DNA of 64,000 bases, from positions 1-64,000 of IMG/VR virus record IMGVR_UViG_3300049995_000120. One strand, 5' to 3'. A model generated the notes under the pieces. That model ran no database searches and had not been told where the DNA came from. It was given only the letters and a program-made list of their open reading frames with translations. How positions within the stretch are numbered: the stretch's first letter is position 1; every line of letters begins with the position of its first letter. The translations under genes were made by a program, and so were the position numbers. The stretch comes from a virus. Below are positions 45,036 to 54,232 of this stretch, piece by piece.

Positions 45036-46002
45036 AATTGTTGATCTGGATGTCTGGTTCCGGAACGGGGGTATTAATTGGGATCTTACCAAACTCAACC
45101 AGGATGTGGTGGCGATCCAGGCCGGCATAGGAACATGGCAGAACCCGCTTCTAAAAGAGCAGGTGGACGGCGCATACGCCAATGGCGTACCTTACTTTAC
45201 CTGGTGGATACCCGACATCAGCGATGGTCCCATCACTAGCCAGGTCGATTTCTACCTGAGTTTATATGGAGTGCGCGCGTCAGCAACCTGCATCGATATC
45301 GAACCGCCATGGGGCGGTATGCGCTGTGTCAATGCTTCAGAAGCGTTGGCTGCCAATCATCGCGTCGAGGATATAACTGGATACCAGCCTCTCAACTATT
45401 CCAACAAGAAATACATCACCGAAGACCTGAAAACACCCGCATGGTTGCCCGACTACTGGTGGTGGATCGCTCAATATATTTATAAGCCTTGGTCAATCAG
45501 TTTCTACACCGATTACACTTCTTTCCTTGCGAAATATGCGAACAAACTCCCACAAACGGCCTATGATTTGGGACTTGCTTCCAAGGTAATCGGTTGGCAG
45601 TTTACGATGAAGGGAAACGCACAGGCGCTGTGCGCCAACGCCAAAACGTTAGATCCCATATATATTTATGGTATCAAAGAATGTGATTGCAGCGTTTCCA
45701 CCATTGAAAAGGACGACTTTCTCCACCGCATCCAACTCGGATCAATACTCCCTCCACCTCCCCCTCCAATTGAAGGAACATGGTATATCGTTAATGTCCC
45801 TGAACGCAACATCCGCTACCAGCCTAATGCTGTAACGGGGAAGATAATCACCACACTCCATTCAATGAATTGGGTGAAGATATCCAAAATCGTATCAGGT
45901 TTTCCTGGTCAATGGGGGGTTACAATTGCCTATAGCATCAACGGCGTGATTTCGCCTTGCTTGGGCAACTATATATACATGAACAATCTGACAACTCAAT
46001 AA
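45022..46002 (+). CDS. endolysin, GH25-like muramidase with SH3-like C-terminal domain
   Basis: IVDLD, CIDIE, WWIAQY, WQFT; poly-Pro linker; RNIRYQPN. Confidence 0.75.
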   Translation: MNQSKIVDLDVWFRNGGINWDLTKLNQDVVAIQAGIGTWQNPLLKEQVDGAYANGVPYFTWWIPDISDGPITSQVDFYLSLYGVRASATCIDIEPPWGGMRCVNASEALAANHRVEDITGYQPLNYSNKKYITEDLKTPAWLPDYWWWIAQYIYKPWSISFYTDYTSFLAKYANKLPQTAYDLGLASKVIGWQFTMKGNAQALCANAKTLDPIYIYGIKECDCSVSTIEKDDFLHRIQLGSILPPPPPPIEGTWYIVNVPERNIRYQPNAVTGKIITTLHSMNWVKISKIVSGFPGQWGVTIAYSINGVISPCLGNYIYMNNLTTQ

Positions 46003-46055
46003 TAAATAGAAGAGCGCCACGAGACAACAGCAATCAGAACAGCAGTGGTGCTCTT

Positions 46056-46334
46056 TCATGTAGTATGTTCGTATATCATTACGCCAACTTGGGGTTGGGG
46101 CCAAGCGAATCTACCCAACTTTTCTGCAAATGGATAGGGGCACCCGCGATTAAGTATTCCCATAGATACGATATTGGTGCGTAGCGCGCCATGTAATATC
46201 GCATCAGCATGGCGTTCTAGTTCTTTTATATGCCTACCACATGCAATCTCATCAAATTTTAAATCGGGGGTAACTATCCTGTGATGACATCTGCGTGATG
46301 TACAAAACAGGCATTGAGTTTTTCTCATATTCAC
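46056..46334 (-). CDS. hypothetical Cys/His-rich protein
   Basis: CLFC..CH..C..H pattern. Confidence 0.45.
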   Translation of the reverse strand: MNMRKTQCLFCTSRRCHHRIVTPDLKFDEIACGRHIKELERHADAILHGALRTNIVSMGILNRGCPYPFAEKLGRFAWPQPQVGVMIYEHTT

Positions 46335-46438
46335 GCGCCTTCTTTCATGTTAATATTCTCGCGGCAACGATAACACTTACCCAAAACAAAAGACCAAAGA
46401 CGATACTCCAAATGATTAATTTTAGTTGCATTCCGGGT

Positions 46439-46873
46439 TTAGAGTTTGGTTGCATAGCACAGCACCTGTCCCTGCCAAGGCACTATATTAACTTGGCAAC
46501 CAATCTTCATTAACAAGATGATGATCTGTTCAATGGTGCAGGCGTAAATCCAGCGCGGGTCAGCTTTCATCAGTGCAAAACTGAAATAGACTCTCGGAAA
46601 GCGGCCATTGAGGAACAGCCAGTCCAGTAAAGCAAGCGGATCTTGTAGCCATTCCAGCAGGCCAGAACAGACTGCACAGTCACCGCACACATCTGGGCGC
46701 TCAACGTCAAGGTTCACACAGTAATCCACGCCACTATTATTCACACAATCTACATTGATGGTGTTGTGATGTAATTCCGCCAGCCACTGGTCGCCGCAAC
46801 CGAAATCCACAGCCGTCCAGTCCTTTTCAATAGCGCCGGCCAGTTTGTTTACCCGATCATGGACATTGATCAT
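46439..46873 (-). CDS. class I SAM methyltransferase (short)
   Basis: VDFGCGD, NVD, SGLLEW motifs. Confidence 0.7.
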   Translation of the reverse strand: MINVHDRVNKLAGAIEKDWTAVDFGCGDQWLAELHHNTINVDCVNNSGVDYCVNLDVERPDVCGDCAVCSGLLEWLQDPLALLDWLFLNGRFPRVYFSFALMKADPRWIYACTIEQIIILLMKIGCQVNIVPWQGQVLCYATKL

Positions 46874-47444
46874 GTTTTATTTCAACCTCTTGCATAGCTG
46901 CCAAGTATTCTTTAATTTGTGCAATGGAATCAAAGTTTAGTTCCTTATGTGCGTTAACCGCCGGTTCATAAGAATATAAACAACAAGTACCATCGTGAAA
47001 TAATTCAATAGTTTGATGTTTGTTCAGCCTCTTGCACAACTTCGCAAGGCTTGGATGCTTGGGTACGCGTCGCTCAACATAATCATAGGCTTCGCGGGGA
47101 GGCCACCCCGCTAAAGTTTTGCCAACAAGAAATCCATCAACGGTTACGGTCTGGCCAGCTTCGGAATGACCTTCCGTGTAGTGTATGACATCCCCCTTTT
47201 CCCATGGTTCTGTTTCACTCAGGACGCGCCACTTGCCGCGACGAGGCTTGGTACTACATTCTGCGATAAGATCAGTCTTAAGTTTTTTCGCCGCATTGGC
47301 TATTCCGTCAATCCTATAACGGTCCAGTTGGCAAGAATAAGTATTTTTCAATGAACCAATGCTAGTTATAGGCGATGACTGAATGTCGTTTAGCAATAGC
47401 TCATAGCACTTCATAATCTCTACTGCAAATTCTTTGTAATTCAT
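46857..47444 (-). CDS. hypothetical protein
   Basis: Coupled ORF with SD. Confidence 0.55.
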   Translation of the reverse strand: MNYKEFAVEIMKCYELLLNDIQSSPITSIGSLKNTYSCQLDRYRIDGIANAAKKLKTDLIAECSTKPRRGKWRVLSETEPWEKGDVIHYTEGHSEAGQTVTVDGFLVGKTLAGWPPREAYDYVERRVPKHPSLAKLCKRLNKHQTIELFHDGTCCLYSYEPAVNAHKELNFDSIAQIKEYLAAMQEVEIKHDQCP

Positions 47445-47445
47445 C

Positions 47446-47634
47446 TTATCCTTCCTTTTTCCGCTCCTTGTGGTTCTTATAAAACGGGTTTTGGATTTCA
47501 GAATCGCACTCCGGGCAGATCAGTTTCTCCCCGTCGTCTTTGAATGCAGGGAAATTACACCTGCAATTGGGGCAGATGGCGGTGCCCACCACGCCGGCTA
47601 CGATATCATATGCTACATCATATTTGAATTTCAT
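47446..47634 (-). CDS. zinc-ribbon protein
   Basis: CPNC...CPEC. Confidence 0.55.
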   Translation of the reverse strand: MKFKYDVAYDIVAGVVGTAICPNCRCNFPAFKDDGEKLICPECDSEIQNPFYKNHKERKKEG

Positions 47635-47846
47635 CTCTGGCCCCGGTTGATGCGGCGGGATTCCTTCGCCATCTTGCGTCGCGCCTTGCTCTGCTTCTTA
47701 TCCTTGCGCGTCACGCCCACACGCGGTTGTGGCTCTGCCTTCAGCCTCGTGCGCTTGCGGGGACTGTTCTTTATATAACGCAAACCATTCCCCCGTTTCA
47801 AAAGGTCGCGAATGGATTTTAAAAATTCCAATTGGTTGCCTGTCAT
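47631..47846 (-). CDS. small basic protein
   Basis: ARRKMAKESRRINR tail; ATGA coupling. Confidence 0.55.
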   Translation of the reverse strand: MTGNQLEFLKSIRDLLKRGNGLRYIKNSPRKRTRLKAEPQPRVGVTRKDKKQSKARRKMAKESRRINRGQR

Positions 47847-48169
47847 TTATTTGCCTTTTTCCTTAACTTAATACCCAACTTGAACCTGAGAAAACGACGG
47901 ATGGCAGGAAGGAAATCGAGTTTCAGCCAGCGGCGAAGTCTACCAGCCAGGGTTCTCGCTTTCTGTAATTCACATCCATTGCAATTTTCATAGTTATGAA
48001 TGCGGAACATCATTAGCGACCAACATCCCATCTCTCCGCAGACCGCACCAGGATATTCACACCATTTGGGTTGAGGGTATAATTGGGCGCAGACCTCCCA
48101 AGTTAAACTATGTAAACCAACCAATTGGTTAAATCCCTCCTCGGTTAATTCGTGAAAATATTTAATCAT
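47843..48169 (-). CDS. Cys-rich hypothetical protein
   Basis: AGGAG SD; TTGACT-16-TATAAT promoter upstream. Confidence 0.55.
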   Translation of the reverse strand: MIKYFHELTEEGFNQLVGLHSLTWEVCAQLYPQPKWCEYPGAVCGEMGCWSLMMFRIHNYENCNGCELQKARTLAGRLRRWLKLDFLPAIRRFLRFKLGIKLRKKANK

Positions 48170-48267
48170 GCTTCTCCTTTTCTAGTTGTGATTATTATAA
48201 TCCAGATTATCAAAAAGTCAATGGTTTTAGATGAGAAAACTTATCATTGATAACCATTAATAAAGCA

Positions 48268-49629
48268 TCATTTTACGTAACTGTTGATGTCAACTGTCGT
48301 TGCATTATGGAAAACAGGATAAACATTGTCTGAAAGAAGTTCAATCGTTCCCCTATTGAGTGGTTTGGCGATATTTCTGGTCTTGGTGAAGGTAAGATAT
48401 GAAACGTTCTGCCGTCCAGGTTCGGAGCATTGGGTGAGTATTGCGATAATATCGGCATCAAAAATGACTTGGGCGCTGCCGCGCACGTCCTTGCTAGTGG
48501 GAGTCGCCGTTGAGCCTATAATATCTTTGGTGGTCGAAAGCACAGTTATACCTGCCAGATCAAGATCCAGGGTGCTGCGTTTCACAAGTCTGGACAGTAT
48601 GCTGGAGCGCGGCGTTTCATCCATATCCACATAACCAGACATCATCAACAAATAATCCAGGACAAACAACTCTATTCCCAGGTTCTTTTTGGCGCGCGCC
48701 AGTTCGGCATGGAACTCCTGCGGAGTCAGGGATTTGTCAGAAATATATATGGGTAAGGCTTCCAAGTATTCTATGTCACCCAAATAATTCTGGAAAACAT
48801 CATCCTTTATGTTTCCGCTGTCCATCTGGAAGGTGCTGATATGTTCTCTGGTGCTGATGACCCTTTTAATAATTTGCGCTTCGCTCATCTCGAAGGAGAA
48901 GATAGCCACCGCATGATTGCCGTTCTCGGGTAATGATGCCTGTACAGCCATCTGTGTCGCCAACTTGGTCTTGCCCGAGGATGGCGGTCCCGAAATATAA
49001 AGCACTTCGCCTTTCTGAACACCACCCGTGAAGTCATCATAATCGTAGAAACCGGTCTTGATCCCCCAGATATTGGATGGATTGGCTCTGCGCTGCTCCA
49101 CGTACTCGTAATTATTCTTTAGGCCAGCGCTGATATGGCGCAGCCCTTTATCGGCGCTCTGGGTGGCGCTCACGACATTATCCAGCACCTTCCCGATCCC
49201 CTCATCGATCAGCTGGCTCTCGTCCAATGCCACCTGCGCCATGCGATTAGCTTGTTCGAGTAGCGCGCGTCTCTGGCTTTTCTCCTTGACGATCTTGGCA
49301 TAAGCAACAAGGTTGAAAGAAGATACATTATTGATAATGGCAGTAAGGCCGGCAGGTCCCCCCACATCTTCCAGATCTCCATCTTTCCCCATCCGATCGA
49401 TAATCGTCAGGAAGTCAACGGGAGTATTCTGCTCCCGCACCTTCTGTATAGCGCGCCAGATTGCGCGCGGGGTGCTGAAATAAAAATCAGACTCCTCCAA
49501 AAACCCAATCTCATCCATACCGGGGGAGTTGATCAAAACCGCTCCCACCAGTGACTCTTCTGCATCCCTGGACTGTGGAGGAAGGATGACTTCCTGCTCT
49601 AGCGTATCAACCACTTGGTTTATCTCCAA
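48268..49629 (-). CDS. dnaB: DnaB-like replicative helicase
   Basis: PPQSRDAE N-domain; GPPSSGKT, FSFEM, VLDYL and RGSAQVIFDAD motifs. Confidence 0.9.
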   Translation of the reverse strand: MEINQVVDTLEQEVILPPQSRDAEESLVGAVLINSPGMDEIGFLEESDFYFSTPRAIWRAIQKVREQNTPVDFLTIIDRMGKDGDLEDVGGPAGLTAIINNVSSFNLVAYAKIVKEKSQRRALLEQANRMAQVALDESQLIDEGIGKVLDNVVSATQSADKGLRHISAGLKNNYEYVEQRRANPSNIWGIKTGFYDYDDFTGGVQKGEVLYISGPPSSGKTKLATQMAVQASLPENGNHAVAIFSFEMSEAQIIKRVISTREHISTFQMDSGNIKDDVFQNYLGDIEYLEALPIYISDKSLTPQEFHAELARAKKNLGIELFVLDYLLMMSGYVDMDETPRSSILSRLVKRSTLDLDLAGITVLSTTKDIIGSTATPTSKDVRGSAQVIFDADIIAILTQCSEPGRQNVSYLTFTKTRNIAKPLNRGTIELLSDNVYPVFHNATTVDINSYVK

Positions 49630-50512
49630 ACGCAGACTCTAGAAGTTGCTCCTTCCACCATTCGGGGAAGCCAGCGATCAACCCTCTCTGTACCTTGGAC
49701 CAGAAGTGAGCGAAGAGAATGTTTTTCATCTCCTCCTCGCATTCTTTCTTAGTGTCTTCCTTGATTTCCGTAATCAGAGCAGGTATGTCGCGCGGTGAGC
49801 CTTCCAGAGTGCCGGCATCGCGCAGGTGCTGAACCGCTTTCAGCCAGCGCGCGGGGGTGCGGTAGCGATCAATCAACGTTTGAAGTACATCGCCTTGCGT
49901 CGGGTTGGCCTTGCGCCACTCGCCTCCCTGAACCTCTTTGAATGCTTCTGAAACATACTTTCCAATGGCTATTTTCTTCTCAGATGTAAACAGGGTGTAG
50001 TTCTTGACCACCACCCCCTCGATCTTGGTGCCGCCTAAAATCGATTTGGTTTCCAGGAGTTCCTTCAACATCTCCGCGTTCTCCACTTTACCCTCATAGA
50101 GAACCGGGACACACTCCAGATCAATTAAACCAAACTCGATTTCCTTTTCTTCGGGAGTGAGATAGTCTTCCAAGCCTGTCTGGATATCGAATCCGATCAT
50201 GTAATTCTTGGGTATCCGATCATAGCAGAGTGTGTTGTGTTTTGGCTTGGTGAGATATTCACAGCGATAAATCCAGCCGGCGTGTAAGTTGGGCTGCAGG
50301 GACTTGATGGTTTGGCAGGCGTTTTCAAACATGGTTTCGGGGCTGTCGATCACCAGTTGTGCGCCTTTGGAGCGCGCCATCAGTTCGCCTTCAATAAGTC
50401 CAAAACTTATTTGTGACCCATCGATCTTCTCTTCCACCAAAACCGGGTCATTGAATATCCCCTCGATCATTTTATGCCCTAAAGCGAATACGGTTGGATA
50501 TGAACCTATCAT
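49607..50512 (-). CDS. ATP-dependent RNA ligase (Rnl2-like nucleotidyltransferase)
   Basis: Motif I EEKIDGS, III CEY, IIIa GFDI, IV EGVVVK, V KYVSEAFKE. Confidence 0.8.
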   Translation of the reverse strand: MIGSYPTVFALGHKMIEGIFNDPVLVEEKIDGSQISFGLIEGELMARSKGAQLVIDSPETMFENACQTIKSLQPNLHAGWIYRCEYLTKPKHNTLCYDRIPKNYMIGFDIQTGLEDYLTPEEKEIEFGLIDLECVPVLYEGKVENAEMLKELLETKSILGGTKIEGVVVKNYTLFTSEKKIAIGKYVSEAFKEVQGGEWRKANPTQGDVLQTLIDRYRTPARWLKAVQHLRDAGTLEGSPRDIPALITEIKEDTKKECEEEMKNILFAHFWSKVQRGLIAGFPEWWKEQLLESAFGDKPSG

Positions 50513-50976
50513 GTCTTGTCTCCTGCTCTATAAATCTGAGGCCGCTCAGATTCCTTTCTCTGAAAAGCCTGCGGCCAGTATTCGTATATCTGTCCGAGAG
50601 TCGGCGGCTGGCGCTTCTGACCGCGCCAGTCATGATTCTCCCACCAATCCGCAAACTTATCCAGGGTCTCTTCATCGGGCCGTGTTGATAAAAACTCCAG
50701 CATATCCTGACCTTCTTTGCGGTCCCAATGGTAGTTCATGCCAAAGCGCGAGTGACAGGTGGCCTTGATGGTCTGCACACGTGTCAACCCGTCAATCATG
50801 GCTGTAAATGTTCCCTTGCGCGCGGGCGTATCCGATTCGTTGGTGAACGCAATGCGCGCGGCCGAAACAACAGCCAATACGATCTCCTCAGACACTCCGC
50901 CAGGAGTACAACTGTCCAGAATCTCTCGGATGGTTTCCCTGAACTGCCCTAGTTTCTCTTGACTTATATTACTCAT
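50509..50976 (-). CDS. replication-initiator C-terminal-like protein / helicase loader candidate
   Basis: FADWWENHDWRGQKRQPPTLGQIYEYW motif; first gene of the ligase-DnaB operon. Confidence 0.5.
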   Translation of the reverse strand: MSNISQEKLGQFRETIREILDSCTPGGVSEEIVLAVVSAARIAFTNESDTPARKGTFTAMIDGLTRVQTIKATCHSRFGMNYHWDRKEGQDMLEFLSTRPDEETLDKFADWWENHDWRGQKRQPPTLGQIYEYWPQAFQRKESERPQIYRAGDKT

Positions 50977-51223
50977 TTTATTTTCTTTCTTATGTGCAGG
51001 CGCAATGATGCCCATTCCATCTATGGACATCTGGGTGTGCAGGCGCTACTGGTCATTACAGTGAGTAGCCCACTCCCCTCCAAGCCACCTGCTTTTGGCA
51101 GGACGCCCCAGGTCTGTTCAATTTACGCTTGCTTGGAAGTCCCATAACAGGACGGTCGCGAATTTCACGCTCTTACGTACTCTGGGCTTTTGTGCGCAGC
51201 GGTTCATGATGGAGATGATTATA
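50977..51223 (-). ncRNA. ~240-nt structured non-coding leader / ncRNA candidate
   Basis: TATAAT at 51223-51218; several hairpins and long-range complementary pairs; no convincing ORF. Confidence 0.45.
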
Positions 51224-51296
51224 CCGCGATATAAGGCGCTATGTCTCTGGCAGTTAGTAAGTTAAACGCATTCCTGCCAAACTGGCTAAATTGATC

Positions 51297-51527
51297 TTAG
51301 TCGGGGGCAGGCACAAGAGGATCATGATAATTTAAAATTCTGGCAACATCATAAAGAGAAATTAAACCTTTTTCAGTTAGCAATTCAATAAGGTTTGCAA
51401 CTGCCAATTCAACGCTGATTCCATCCAGATCATTGGCGTCATGTTCATAAAAAATATGTACAATCCAAGTGGTTAACTCAACAGGATTGGCCTTGAAAGA
51501 AGAATAGGGTTTATATTGAATTTTCAT
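51297..51527 (-). CDS. hypothetical protein
   Basis: MKIQYKPY...; AAGGA SD lies inside the upstream hairpin. Confidence 0.45.
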   Translation of the reverse strand: MKIQYKPYSSFKANPVELTTWIVHIFYEHDANDLDGISVELAVANLIELLTEKGLISLYDVARILNYHDPLVPAPD

Positions 51528-51701
51528 ACAGCAAAAATCCTTATGGTATGTCTCGTGTCCTGTGGCCTTCCCGCGCCCTCCATGGGGAAAGGACATAAGA
51601 CATCCCATAAGGATTCTTGGGAGAGCGCCATTCTGGAAGCCACGCCAGGTAGGGTCAAATCACTACGCCATTATTGTATGATAATGGCATAGTTTTGTCA
51701 A
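51528..51701 (-). promoter_or_regulatory. promoter and long hairpin leader with an alternative pairing
   Basis: TTGACA-17-TACAAT; interrupted stem of about 30 bp at 51533-51618; loop elements complementary to 51620-51643. Confidence 0.55.
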
Positions 51702-51709
51702 GAGGGATT

Positions 51710-52258
51710 TCACGGTGATTTTTTATTGATGTCTATCGTGAAAGACGGTTCTCCGATCCGTTTCAATTGAGCATCGCTCTCGATACGGAAGGGAAAGGCC
51801 AGCACATACCACTCAATGTAGACCGGGCTTACGCTCCCGTCAGCGTTCACACATTGTACGAGAGTCGGCGCGGCATCTCCAGGGGGGTATAGACTGTTGG
51901 GTTCAGCATTAGAAACAACAGAATTTGCATAACTCTCCCCTAGTATTTTATCAGGGCTGGTAAGGCGAGTAGAGTAGGGAATGGGATAAGCGATGGATGG
52001 GCAGATTTCAATGATCTTGCCGTCATAGGTGATCATATAAGAATAGGTAGCGATGGTGCTGTTACGCGCCAGATAAGTTTCAATCACAATCTGTCGTTCC
52101 AGACTGTAGCCTCCCAAGTCGGGGATGGGCTGGTTCTGTACGATCGAGACTCCACCCTGTTTCTGCTGGCTCTGCTCAATATCATTTACGCTAGGGCTCA
52201 TAGCACAGGCGACCAGAATCAGGCTCAATATTACAATAGCGAAAACAAGTTTCTTCAT
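51710..52258 (-). CDS. lipoprotein
   Basis: MKK-hydrophobic-LVAC lipobox; AAGGA SD. Confidence 0.7.
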   Translation of the reverse strand: MKKLVFAIVILSLILVACAMSPSVNDIEQSQQKQGGVSIVQNQPIPDLGGYSLERQIVIETYLARNSTIATYSYMITYDGKIIEICPSIAYPIPYSTRLTSPDKILGESYANSVVSNAEPNSLYPPGDAAPTLVQCVNADGSVSPVYIEWYVLAFPFRIESDAQLKRIGEPSFTIDINKKSP

Positions 52259-52626
52259 CGGCAGTTTCCTTTCTGTTGTAGCCACTGGAGGGTGGTCGGG
52301 TTGACCGTATCCCTCTTCATGGTTGATATTTGGGTACACATCTTGGTAATAATCGCTTTCTGTTGCGCCTGATAAGCGGCGACCAACGATTCGTTATCCT
52401 GGACTTCTGATATCTTGGTTTCCAGGCGCGCATATTCCAGGATATAGGCCTGGAGCATGTTGTTATTGGAATCGGTGAAACTCTTGCTTGACTCTACCGA
52501 TTTACGCTGGATGAACAGCCACCACGGGTAGAGTTGCTCGGTGGCAGCCATGTAGCCAACCACCAATCCACCTATTAACAAAACACAAATCACGAGGATC
52601 AGTAAACCAGCCATAAAACTTTTCAT
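52255..52626 (-). CDS. membrane-anchored helical protein
   Basis: N-terminal TM; ATGA-coupled to the lipoprotein. Confidence 0.65.
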   Translation of the reverse strand: MKSFMAGLLILVICVLLIGGLVVGYMAATEQLYPWWLFIQRKSVESSKSFTDSNNNMLQAYILEYARLETKISEVQDNESLVAAYQAQQKAIITKMCTQISTMKRDTVNPTTLQWLQQKGNCR

Positions 52627-52641
52627 GACATTCTCCTTTTG

Positions 52642-53049
52642 TTATTGGGAAGCCGGCGGAATCCACTGGCTCCCGACGACTTCAATATTTCTCGACTGGC
52701 GGGTGCCATCAATGCTCACCTTATGATTTTCCACCAATCGGTTTAGAAGATAATGAACGCGCTCCATCGAGCCGAGGCACATAGCATCGCGCGCTTCGGC
52801 CAGGGAGGGAGAGTTCCCATTATGATTCGCTTTGTAATCGCATATAAACTTATATAGTTGATTCATAGTGGGAAGCGAAGCTAGGCGCACACTATGGGTA
52901 TATCCTTCTTCCTTCTGCAGTAATTGATACACGCGCTGGCGCGAGATATTAAACCGCGCCTTGATGGCCTCCCAGGATTCACCATTTGCGATCATTTCCT
53001 TTATTTTCTGCAGTCGATACGTAACATAGACCGGATCGAGTTTAGTCAT
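52642..53049 (-). CDS. HTH plus LexA-like DNA-binding-domain protein
   Basis: ISRQRVYQL HTH; FICDY...NSPSLAE...SMERVHYLLNRL...RNIEV. Confidence 0.7.
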   Translation of the reverse strand: MTKLDPVYVTYRLQKIKEMIANGESWEAIKARFNISRQRVYQLLQKEEGYTHSVRLASLPTMNQLYKFICDYKANHNGNSPSLAEARDAMCLGSMERVHYLLNRLVENHKVSIDGTRQSRNIEVVGSQWIPPASQ

Positions 53050-53444
53050 TGGACTGTCTTTCTAACGTCGTAATATTTTATGGTGATAACGCGTTGTCCT
53101 GTATCAATTGACGTGGCAACGCAAGGATCATCGTCCTTGTCATAAACTTTCTCGAAAGAAAGCTCCATATTTCTCGGGTCAACCTTATCTTTCTTGATAT
53201 CGTCCAACAAGGATTTTAGTAGTTTAATTGCCCTTTGGCGCGCGTTGGTTATTGGTGAATCGTTTTCTTTTTTCTTGCGGCGCGGCAGGTCGTTCCAGTT
53301 GGAAATAGCCTCTTCTTTGATATGGTTGAGTGGCCCTTCCATTTTACACTTATTGCAAACAACCCAAAATACGGTATCGCCGGCAACGCGTAAGTCTTTG
53401 GCGGTTGCATTACAGTAGGGATTAGGGCAGCGTTTAATTTTCAT
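53046..53444 (-). CDS. Lar-like (restriction alleviation) zinc-finger protein
   Basis: KRCPNPYC...VVCNKC..EGP...EAISNWN. Confidence 0.65.
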   Translation of the reverse strand: MKIKRCPNPYCNATAKDLRVAGDTVFWVVCNKCKMEGPLNHIKEEAISNWNDLPRRKKKENDSPITNARQRAIKLLKSLLDDIKKDKVDPRNMELSFEKVYDKDDDPCVATSIDTGQRVITIKYYDVRKTVQ

Positions 53445-53659
53445 TTGTTCTCCTTTTTGACCCAGAACCACTTGGGGTTATTATCCGTCTGGCGCACCCC
53501 GTTGATGGAGTATGTGGTGCCTTTTCCTAAAATGCGATATTTTAGACCCGAAAACGCCTGTTTGTCTCTTGAACAAACATCATATTCCACGATCCGGCCA
53601 TCTTCCAGAAGAGCCTCACGCACGATCTCGGTTGATTTGGAATCAGGGTAAGTCATCAA
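53441..53659 (-). CDS. hypothetical protein
   Basis: Coupled ORF. Confidence 0.45.
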   Translation of the reverse strand: MMTYPDSKSTEIVREALLEDGRIVEYDVCSRDKQAFSGLKYRILGKGTTYSINGVRQTDNNPKWFWVKKENK

Positions 53660-53969
53660 TATAACGCCATGATTCTACTTCCACAGGATGAAGGGAATAG
53701 GCCTCAAAATCATTATAGATGATCCCATCACAATCTGTTACAAACCAATGATGAGATTGATATTTTCCTATTCCTATCCTAAAAGGCAACACTGCTGCTT
53801 TTACCCATACCAATTTTCCCGTGGTCGGGCAACCGCAGCACGCGGAGCGCCACCCATTTTTAAAAACAGGCGACGCCATTTCTATTTTATGTAGGTCTAT
53901 TTCCTCACGTAACATACCTACTTCTAACTCGATCCGATGTAATCGATCATCTAATTCTTTCGTTATCAT
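53643..53969 (-). CDS. hypothetical protein
   Basis: GGAGG SD; coupled. Confidence 0.5.
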   Translation of the reverse strand: MITKELDDRLHRIELEVGMLREEIDLHKIEMASPVFKNGWRSACCGCPTTGKLVWVKAAVLPFRIGIGKYQSHHWFVTDCDGIIYNDFEAYSLHPVEVESWRYIDDLP

Positions 53970-54232
53970 TTTTCATCCTCCAATGCCGCCGGCGTGGCGT
54001 TGAATAATAAAGGCTGAAATGAACTCGCCTCATAATTTATTTTTACAAACGTATTACACAAACATTTGGTGCAGTAAAACCAATCAAAATAAAGTCTGCG
54101 CTTGGCCCCCGTACCCGGAAGTTGTTGTATATCTCGATACTTAACACCGCCATAAGCGAAGTTGTGATCGCATAATTCAATCGGCAACATGGTTGATGGT
54201 CTGCTTTTAGGGGATTCGTTCCAGTCACTCAT
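53966..54232 (-). CDS. hypothetical zinc-binding protein
   Basis: CDH...FYCTKC; ATGA coupling. Confidence 0.5.
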   Translation of the reverse strand: MSDWNESPKSRPSTMLPIELCDHNFAYGGVKYRDIQQLPGTGAKRRLYFDWFYCTKCLCNTFVKINYEASSFQPLLFNATPAALEDEK

